From positions 14,634-78,633 of the forward strand of contig CAWARB010000039.1 in NCBI GenBank assembly GCA_963784335.1: 64,000 bases of DNA. The letters run 5' to 3'. The position numbers and the translations under genes are program-made. Of the stretch, positions 51,301-58,849 are shown piece after piece. Numbering within the stretch: position 1 is the first letter of the stretch; each line of letters starts with the position of its first letter. The DNA is from an uncultured Cytophagales bacterium (lineage in GTDB: Bacteria > Bacteroidota > Bacteroidia > Cytophagales > Spirosomataceae). The notes below the pieces were generated by a model, which worked only from the letters and a program-made list of their open reading frames with translations, was not told where the DNA came from and searched no databases.

Positions 51301-51760
51301 GATTGACATAATATTGATTCATGGCATTATACGCATCGTAGGCATCCACTGACTGGCCATTGTACGAATTGTACATATCATCGTTGTCGATGTAATCTGG
51401 CGTCGACCCGGCAAAGTAAAACTGGATGCCCATTCCGTTAAGAAGGTAGTAGCTGTTGGTCAACGCCATTACCTGATTCAGGCTCGTCAGATCGTATCCA
51501 CCGGTACCATTGCTCCGCCGTATAATGTGCGGACGAATAGGGATGTAGGTGATAGGCTGCGCATTGGTCGATGTGGTCTTCTTTTGGCGCAACGCCCTGT
51601 CCCCCTCCTGTACCAGCGCCCGCGTCTGCTCGGGTGTCAGGTCTACAGTACCGCAAAAGGGAATGGGAGGAGGAACGGGCGCTGTTTGAGCCTGTACTGT
51701 AAAGGCAGTTGACAACAGGCTCGATAATAAGTACAGGACCAAAGAACCACGTTTTAGCAT
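48380..51760 (-). CDS. Secreted M43 (pappalysin-like) zinc metalloprotease with eight fibronectin type III repeats
   Basis: Signal peptide, cysteine-switch-like FCGT, HELGHNFNLIHTF, GDLICDTPAD, Met-turn NIMSY; eight repeats ending in a Y.W.VR..C-like pattern; C-terminal W..TWSCNRVP domain. Confidence 0.85.
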   Translation of the reverse strand: MLKRGSLVLYLLSSLLSTAFTVQAQTAPVPPPIPFCGTVDLTPEQTRALVQEGDRALRQKKTTSTNAQPITYIPIRPHIIRRSNGTGGYDLTSLNQVMALTNSYYLLNGMGIQFYFAGSTPDYIDNDDMYNSYNGQSVDAYDAYNAMNQYYVNRFSNAGLGGFAYYPDNAIYSTRSFILNENNVEDMGNRLVPHELGHNFNLIHTFGQNSGNGSLGTGVTTELVTRGPGANCTTDGDLICDTPADPYNMAGTVFIDANDCLHYDPNSTARDSNGDAYVPSTTNIMSYYNSCTHDFSPGQYERMQAALALRQTHTAYTLNAPATTVTAPGSLTGSVSQNTIILTWQDRAFNEMGYFIERSTAPDGVYVPIGGVAPNVSTYTDDKVVLNTQYYYRIRSSNTTTGSISTVFAIKFISFLTPTTTHISGTSAQLNWHSAGPGVTYDVQWRAVGSANWVMYSKTPNFSLILYGLSVNTAYEWQVRTTGTTTYTDPVSFTTVCPVPLLYTAYPSRTVVSLSWLSGPPEVHTLQWRPLNTTDWTTIDGISSTYYSLSGLSPASPYEWRVQGTCPGSTTVTTDFSPVQSFTTLSCPVPSLQLGSNSSTAVSLIWSTSFYETGRLFALRYRPVGTPGWTTIDQITARENTPYVLSGLTPNVMYEAQLKSVCSMTESSDYSTLLTFTPVCQTPVNLYAVPKAYTAKLFWVTPYTNTPETGATFQLQYRPLGSTDWLTINNITPASPNPNNLFSLTGLANNTTYEWRIRNSCPSNSQSDYTTGTPFTTVCLAPSYPYGYLPTPTSISLRWSTSVDVGTLFDVRYRAAGGSDWTTLDQLAVTDNGSTFAYSLTGLTNTTTYEWDVRTVCSAVDNSTYTAGQPFTTGCQIPMGMSTSPKTTSAYLSWALTGAGVTYELRYRRAGTTDWTAISGLTSFSATITGLQTNTGYEWQVRSNCGDGVFSAYSASTSFNTYPCNAPFSYPTIILTPTSAKLSWYFYYADNTTAYQVRYRVVGSPDWTTLSNPTGTGTSGSVVVTNLTTDSPYEWQIRALCSPTESSDFSSSSLFQTCSAFYTLQAGFWYDTATWSCNRVPTSYDVVQIRHTVTLPTGYTATALRVLFDPGTRINYGTNARLKLGQ

Positions 51761-52175
51761 AGGAGGGAGAGGCAGGGAACGGGCGGCAAGTAAGTAAATT
51801 CGCTAGTTGTATACAATACCGCATAATATGTTTAGATACCGGGTGGATGAGAAAAATGGGAGGGTTAACTTGCCTATGGTTGATTACCTGGCGCAGTCAA
51901 CCGTGAAACACGCGGGTAATGCGTCAAGGGCCTGAAACAGATGCTGATACAGAAAGGCCTGACCCTCTGCCCAAATTCGGGGATGGACCCCTGACAATAA
52001 GCGGACCACCAGTGGCTCAAACTTCCGTACAGCGTTGATGAGCCAGTAGGGTGGTGACGATATCAGCGCGCTGATGTGGCCGTTGACGCCGGTAACAGAC
52101 AATTGATACAGAATAAGGGTAGCGTTTGAGCCTGCCATTCTTTATCCAGTATTCCGTTTAACTTGTCCCTGAAAA

Positions 52176-53099
52176 ATGATGAACCGTCGTGCCCTCCTCA
52201 AATCGGCCAGTTTACTACCCTTCGCTACGGCCCCCGACCTGCCAGCAATAACTGGTGCCCGCAAACGCTCCGTTCGCTTTGCCTACCTCGGTGATACGCA
52301 TATTCTGCCCGAAACAAAGCAAATGGATGGGGTAGCGGCTTGTTTACAGCACATCCAGAAGCAGACCGACAAACCCGCGTTTTTGCTGCACGGGGGCGAC
52401 GTGATTATGGACGCGCTGGTGCTTGATAAGGCGGCCGTCAGAAAGCAATGGGATGCCTGGAACCGGGTCGTGAAAGCGGAAAACTCGCTGCCAATTCGGT
52501 ACGCCATCGGCAACCATGACATCTGGGGTTTCGACGCGGCCAAAGCCGATGGGGCCTACGGTAAAGCCTGGATACAGGACGAACTTCATCTGAAAAACCG
52601 CTACTACAGTTTCGATGAGCAGGGCTGGCATTTTGTGGTACTCGACAGCGTTCAGCCCAAAGCAAATGGTGCCTGGTACGCCACCAACGTCGATGCCGAG
52701 CAACTCGCCTGGCTGGAAACGGACTTACAGAAAACCCCGGCTACCACGCCGATACTGGTCATGTCGCACGTGCCGATCCTGACCGCTACCGTGTTCGACT
52801 TTGCCCAGCCCATTCCGGCTATCGACGGTAAACAAACCATGATTGACGGGCTGACCGTGTCCAACGCACCGGACCTGGTGGCGCTGTTTGTGAAGTTCCC
52901 GAACGTGAAAGCCTGCCTGAGTGGGCACACACACCTGCTCGACCAGGTGGTGTACAACAACGTAGCGTATTTCTGCAACGGAGCCGTGAGCGGCAACTGG
53001 TGGAAAAGTGAGATGCACCGCCAGACCCATGCTGGCTACGCTCTTTTTGACCTGTACGACGACGGAACGATTGAGCGAACATACCTTCACTATGCGTGA
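52176..53099 (+). CDS. Calcineurin-like metallophosphoesterase with Tat signal
   Basis: MMNRRALLK (twin-arginine), GDTH, HGGDVIMD, GNHD, SHVP, SGHTH. Confidence 0.88.
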   Translation: MMNRRALLKSASLLPFATAPDLPAITGARKRSVRFAYLGDTHILPETKQMDGVAACLQHIQKQTDKPAFLLHGGDVIMDALVLDKAAVRKQWDAWNRVVKAENSLPIRYAIGNHDIWGFDAAKADGAYGKAWIQDELHLKNRYYSFDEQGWHFVVLDSVQPKANGAWYATNVDAEQLAWLETDLQKTPATTPILVMSHVPILTATVFDFAQPIPAIDGKQTMIDGLTVSNAPDLVALFVKFPNVKACLSGHTHLLDQVVYNNVAYFCNGAVSGNWWKSEMHRQTHAGYALFDLYDDGTIERTYLHYA

Positions 53100-53153
53100 T
53101 ACAGACTACAGGGTGTAATCCTGTACCGTACATTACATACCCTACACTACCGT

Positions 53154-53684
53154 ATGATTGCACAGCTTTTTGCCCAAAGCGGCCAGGATGCCTATTATGG
53201 CGAACCCGTAACGCAACTCGAACACGCCTTGCAGTGCGCTCACTTAGCGGAGCAGCACGGGGCCGACAACGAAACGGTTGCCGCTGCTTTCCTGCATGAC
53301 ATTGGTCATTTGCTGCCCCCCGAACTGGCCGGAGGGTACATGGATGGCTACGGCACGGTAGACCACGAAAAACTCGGTGCTGACTTCCTGCGGGAGCAGG
53401 GCTTCCCGGAAAAAGTAGCGCAACTGATCGAAAACCACGTTAATGCCAAGCGATACCTGGTTTATAGGCACCCCGATTACTTCGCCCGGCTGTCGGAAGC
53501 GAGCATCAGAACACTGGAGTTTCAGGGTGGCCCCATGAAAGCAGACGAAGCACTGGCGTTTGAAACCAATCCGTACTTCAAAGGGATTTTGCAGCTACGC
53601 GCCTGGGATGAACAGGCCAAAATTCCCAGCCTTGCCACCCCTGGCATCGAGCATTATCTGGAAAAGTGTGAAAATCTGTTGTAG
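53154..53684 (+). CDS. phnZ: PhnZ/TmpB-like HD-domain di-iron oxygenase (phosphonate C-P cleavage)
   Basis: YYGEPVTQLEHALQCA, AFLHDIGH, HEKLGADFL, HVNAKRYL, LSEAS..TLEFQGGPM, LRAWDEQAK. Confidence 0.85.
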   Translation: MIAQLFAQSGQDAYYGEPVTQLEHALQCAHLAEQHGADNETVAAAFLHDIGHLLPPELAGGYMDGYGTVDHEKLGADFLREQGFPEKVAQLIENHVNAKRYLVYRHPDYFARLSEASIRTLEFQGGPMKADEALAFETNPYFKGILQLRAWDEQAKIPSLATPGIEHYLEKCENLL

Positions 53685-53713
53685 TTTTTTTGTCAGCATG
53701 GCAAAAAATGTCG

Positions 53714-56493
53714 ATGAAATACGTACTGCTACCTACGCTTTTGCTTGCCTCTGTCCAGCTATTCGCGCAGAGAACCTATACCACGCTGCAGGTTCCCGGA
53801 CGAAACGAGTTCTGCAAAATCGACCCTAGTGGGAAATCGGTGCTGCCAAGCGGTCGGTACGTGACCCCGGCCGGACAGACGATTCGTATTACCAACGATC
53901 CGTTTGGGTTGGCGTTGTCGCCCGATGGAAAACGGGCGGCAACGCTGCACGACGGTATTTTGACGCTGCTGAACCTGACGGGGAAAACCCCCGTTGCCAC
54001 CCGAATTCCTGATTACGCCGGCAAAATTCCATCGCCGGTGGATGGGGCCACGTTCCTGGGTATCGCTTTCGCGGCTGATAACAGAACTGTTTACCTGAGC
54101 AATGGCGATAAAGGGCGCGTGATTGTTTTCGACACGGAAACCCTCCTCAAAACCGATAGCATCGACCTCAACGGTAATGGCTATGCCGATAGTTTTACGT
54201 CCGACTTACTTCTGAATGGCAGTGAACTACTGGTACTGGACCGCGCAAATTTTCGGCTGGTGCGCATCGACCTGAAAAACAAACAGATTACGGCTTCCAT
54301 TCCCACCGGGCGGCAACCCTTCGGCCTGGCTATCAGCCCAGACAAGCGCACCGTTTTCGTAGCCAACGTCGGGTTGTATTCGTACCCGTTAGTGCCGGGC
54401 GTGACCAGGGCAAATAAGGACACGATGATGCTCAAGTTCCCGGCTTACGGGGCGCATACCAACGAGTCGCGGGAGGGGGTGGCAATTGAAGGGCGCCAAA
54501 TTCCGGGACTGGGTAGCCCCCTGGCCGATGAAGCCATGAGCGTCTGGCTGGTCGATTTAGCCACGAACAACGTCACGGCGAAACTAAAAACGGGCGTGCA
54601 GATTGGGGAGCGGTCCGGCGCACGGATGATTGAGGACGCGGAGGTCGTTGGCGGGTCATCGCCAAACTCGGTGGTAGTGGGCAGTCGCTACGCTTACGTG
54701 TCCAACGCCACCAACGATAATATCTCGATTATCGACTACAAAGGGAAAAAACTGGCCGGAACTATCCCACTGAGAATTGACCAGCGCATCGACAAATACC
54801 GGGGTATGACTCCGTTCGGCCTGACACTGTCGACGGATGAAAAAACCATCTACGTAGCGCTGCTGGCGTTCAACGCCATTGCCGTTATCGACGTGCCGAC
54901 CCGCAAGGTACGGGGGCTGATTCCCACCGGTTGGGGACCTACCCGCGTGGCGCTCTCGCCCGATGAGAAAACGCTTTACGTTACTTCCGCACGGGGTTAC
55001 GGAGCCGGACCAAACGGTGGTGCGGGCTTCGTGGCACCGCCCGCCGGAACCTATATCGGGGATATTCAGCTGGGTACATTTCAGGCGATTCCGGTACCAA
55101 CTCCCGCGCAATTAGCTACCTACACCAAACAGGTGCTCGCTAATACCTACCAGACCGTTACTATGGCCGACAAGGGTAAAAATCCGTTGCCAGTGTTGCC
55201 AACGTCGCGCCCGGCCGCCACCCGCTCTCCCATCAAACACATCGTGTACATCACCAAAGAAAATCGGACCTACGACGAGGTACTGGGGCAGCTCGAAACG
55301 GGCAGAGGTGATTCGACGCTGGCCCGGTTCGGTACGAATGTGACGATAAAAACCCGCATCAACACCACGCGGGGTACCAGCGGACGTACCACCGATCTGT
55401 CCCTCGATTCCGTCAGCGTAGTGGGTGCCGACGTGATGCCCAACCACGCCCGGTTAGCCCGGCAGTGGGCGTTCTCTGATAATTTCTACTGCGATTCGGA
55501 TGCCAGCATCCACGGCCACCACTGGATGATGGGCACCATCCCAAACGAATGGGTGGAAGCCAATGCGGCCTCGGCGGGGCGATTCGACGCCTTTTCGAAA
55601 GCCCCCGGTCGGCGTTTTCCGAAAGCATCGGGTGCCATTGATCCCGAAGATTACAACGAGATTGGCGGACTTGTGGGAAGCCCTGGAACGCAGTAAGGTA
55701 TCATTCTATAATTTCGGGCAGGCAAATGAATACGCCGGGAATTACGAAGAACAGTACGATACCACCTTCGGAACGGCAACCCCGGTGGTATTTCCCATGC
55801 CCGCAGCGGCTTTCCGGCATACCTCGCGCCATTTTGCCGGCTACAATACCAATATACCCGACCAGTTTCGGATGGACCAGTTTGAGCGGGAGTTCACGGC
55901 GAAGTGGCTAGGGGAAGAACAAACAGCCCTTGCCGCAACTCATTACGGCCATGCTGCCCAACGACCACGGGGCGGGGCCGCGCCCGGCGGAAGGCTACCC
56001 GTACCTGCATTCCTACATGGCCGATAATGACCTGGCCCTGGGCCGGATGCTGCATTTCCTGTCAAGAACACCCTACTGGAAAAACATGCTCGTGATTGTA
56101 ACCGAAGATGACCCGCAGGGGGGCGTCGACCATGTTGATGCTCACCGCTCGGTGCTGATGCTGGCGGGGCCGTACGTGAAACGGAACTATGTTTCCCATA
56201 CGCACGCTAACTTTGGCTCCATTCTGAAAGTGATTTACAACATTCTCGGCGTGAACTACGTGAACCAGTACGATGCAACGGCTTCGCTGTTGCAGGACTT
56301 CTTTACGGAAATTCCCGATTATACGCCCTACGATGCCGTGCTGCCCGACGGGCGGGTGTTCGACCCGCAGCAGGCTATGAAGCCGTACAACAAGCTCTTC
56401 GACTGGCGAAACATTCAGCAGGGTCCCGAAATGGACGACAAAGCCGACCAGCGACGGGAGCACTACCGGCAACAGCGGGGAGATCAACCCTGA
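53714..56493 (+). CDS. YncE/YVTN beta-propeller + phosphoesterase (AcpA/PLC-like) fusion, copy 1 (two +1 frameshifts)
   Basis: Signal peptide, VLPSGRYVTPAG, PFGLA.SPD repeats, IKHIVYITKENRTYD, DNFYCDSDASIHGHHW, PDQFR, LPNDH, EDDPQGGVDHVDAHRS; breaks near 55670 and 55913. Confidence 0.8.
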
Positions 56494-56574
56494 TAACAGT
56501 AAACGAGTATTTCCGGCGCTGTGCCTGACGACCAACGCCTGATTTTACCCCATTTAATCAATACAATCTGACTA

Positions 56575-58824
56575 ATGAGTCGAATCTGTACCCTTCTTTT
56601 TTGCTTTTTCAGCAGCATCAGCCATGGGCAGACGATTAGCGGCACCGTTCGGGATGCCCGCACAAACCAGCCCCTGCCGGGCGTTTCGGTGCGGCTGTTG
56701 CTCACTCCCCTCGGCACCAGTACCGACCAGCGTGGTCAGTACAGCCTGCAGACGTTACCAGCGGGTACCTACACCGTTCGGATTAGTTCAATCGGTTATC
56801 AACTGCACGATCAGACCGTTACCCTGACAAGCCAGTCGGCCGAAACCGTCGATAGCCAGTTGATGCCGGTAGCCATCCAACTCAACCAGCAAACCATCAC
56901 GACCACCCAGCGCACCGAAGCCCCCGACTTTATCCGGCCCGAGATGACGACCGTTATCACCACCCGCGACTTACGCCAGCGGGCACCCCGAACCGTGCCC
57001 GAAGCCTTACTGGGTGCCACGGGGGTATTTCTGCAAAAAACCAACCACGGGGGCGGCTCACCCTTTGTTCGGGGGCTCACTGGCCAGCAAACGCTGTTGC
57101 TGGTGGATGGCATACGGCTTAACAACGCTACGTTCCGCTCCGGCCCGAACCAGTACCTGAACACGATAGATCCGCAAAGCATCAGTCAGATTGAGGTAGT
57201 ACGCAGTAGTGGTTCGGTCGCCTACGGGTCCGATGCTATCGGGGGCGTGGTGAACGTGCTGACCAAAACACCCCAGTTTACGGAGCAGGCTGGTTTTACG
57301 GGTGAGGTTTTTACCAAGGCCATGACACAGGGGATGGAGTATTCAGGCCGGGCGGAAGTTGGTTTTGCCAGCTCGTCGGTAGCGGTTATCGGTGGCCTGG
57401 CCTATCGGAAATTTGGTGAGCTGGTGGCCGGAAAAGGCCTGGGTCGGGAGTCACCCACGGGTTACTCGCAATGGTCGGGCGATGTGAAAGCCCGGTTTCG
57501 GCTGTCTAGCCGGTTCGTGGCGACGGTGGCTTACCAGCAGGTAATCCAGGATAGTGTACCCCTCTATCACCGGGTTCGGTTAGAGAATTACGCCTACTCC
57601 CAGTTCGATCCCCAGCAGCGGCAACTGACCTATGCCCGGCTGGAAGGATTCTTCAATCGCCGTTTTCTGCAATCCGTGCAGCTAACGGCATCCCGGCAAC
57701 GACAAACCGAGGGGCGGCAGAGCCTGCGGAATGGCAACCCTACGGCGGTATATGAACGGGATGAAACGGCTTCCAATGGATTGACCCTGCTGACTACTGC
57801 CCAACCCGCCCGCTACTGGCGGATGCAGCATGGCGCGGAATGGTACTACGACCGGGTTAAGAGCCGTCGCGAGGATGTCAACACGCAAACCGGTACAACA
57901 ACCCCCAAACGGGGCCTGTACCCCGACCGGGCTACTATGAACAGTATGGCGCTGTTCTCGCTCCACACGTTCACCTACAACCGGCTTACCCTTACGGCTG
58001 GTGCCCGCTATAACGCCTTCACGATTTCTACACCCGAACAAACGCTGGGCGAAGCGACCATCCGCCCTTCGGCGTTGGTCGGTAATGCCGGCGCGTCGTT
58101 CGCGTTGTTGCCTGCCGTGCGGCTGCTTGCTTCGGTGCAGTCAGCTTTCCGGGCACCCAACGTCGATGACCTCGGTACGCTGGGCATTGTCGATTTTCGG
58201 TACGAGGTGCCTAATGCCGGATTAAAACCGGAGCGGTCGCTGAATAAGGAAATCGGCCTGAAAGTACGTGTTCCCCGCTTTTCGGCCACGTTGCTGGCGT
58301 ATCACAACAAACTCAGTGACTTCATCAGCCGGGTTCGGTCGGGCAGTGATTCCATTCAGGGCTATCCGGTTTACCTGAAGCAAAACAGTGCCGAGTCGTT
58401 CATTCGCGGCCTGGAGGCCGAAGCCGAATACGAGTTGTTGCCAAACTGGCTGCTCTACGCCGGGGCAACCTACACGTATGGCCAGAACCTGACGGCCCGC
58501 GAACCCTTTCGTCGGATTCCCCCCCTCAACGGCCGGGCCGGGATTACCTACCAGCCAACGGCCGCAGGCTGGTGGGCACGGGCAGAGCTGCTTTACGCGG
58601 GTGCCCAAACCCGCCTGGCCGCTGGTGATGTAGCCGATAACCGCATTGCCAAAGGGGGGACGCCCGCCTGGCAGGTCATCAATTTGAACGGGGGCTACCG
58701 CTGGCGTCTTTTAACGATTAGTGCCGAACTCCAGAACCTCACCAACGAAGCCTACCGAACGCACGGGTCGGGCGTGGATGGCGTGGGGAGGAGCGCGTGG
58801 CTGTCGCTTGGTTTGAGTTTATAA
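56575..58824 (+). CDS. TonB-dependent receptor (non-SusC type)
   Basis: Signal peptide, CarboxypepD_reg-like N-terminus, plug KTNHGGGSPFVRG..LLLVDGIRLNN, IEVVRSSGSVAYGSDAIGGVVN, AFRAPN, LKPE, NLTNEAY, terminal strand. Confidence 0.92.
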   Translation: MSRICTLLFCFFSSISHGQTISGTVRDARTNQPLPGVSVRLLLTPLGTSTDQRGQYSLQTLPAGTYTVRISSIGYQLHDQTVTLTSQSAETVDSQLMPVAIQLNQQTITTTQRTEAPDFIRPEMTTVITTRDLRQRAPRTVPEALLGATGVFLQKTNHGGGSPFVRGLTGQQTLLLVDGIRLNNATFRSGPNQYLNTIDPQSISQIEVVRSSGSVAYGSDAIGGVVNVLTKTPQFTEQAGFTGEVFTKAMTQGMEYSGRAEVGFASSSVAVIGGLAYRKFGELVAGKGLGRESPTGYSQWSGDVKARFRLSSRFVATVAYQQVIQDSVPLYHRVRLENYAYSQFDPQQRQLTYARLEGFFNRRFLQSVQLTASRQRQTEGRQSLRNGNPTAVYERDETASNGLTLLTTAQPARYWRMQHGAEWYYDRVKSRREDVNTQTGTTTPKRGLYPDRATMNSMALFSLHTFTYNRLTLTAGARYNAFTISTPEQTLGEATIRPSALVGNAGASFALLPAVRLLASVQSAFRAPNVDDLGTLGIVDFRYEVPNAGLKPERSLNKEIGLKVRVPRFSATLLAYHNKLSDFISRVRSGSDSIQGYPVYLKQNSAESFIRGLEAEAEYELLPNWLLYAGATYTYGQNLTAREPFRRIPPLNGRAGITYQPTAAGWWARAELLYAGAQTRLAAGDVADNRIAKGGTPAWQVINLNGGYRWRLLTISAELQNLTNEAYRTHGSGVDGVGRSAWLSLGLSL

Positions 58825-58849
58825 GGTATACCCACAAAGCAATCATTGT

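Noticed and set aside
51884-52138. 84-aa minus-strand ORF between the protease and the metallophosphoesterase
   Set aside because: No recognisable motif and it occupies a divergent promoter region; it could be a gene relic but I cannot support that.
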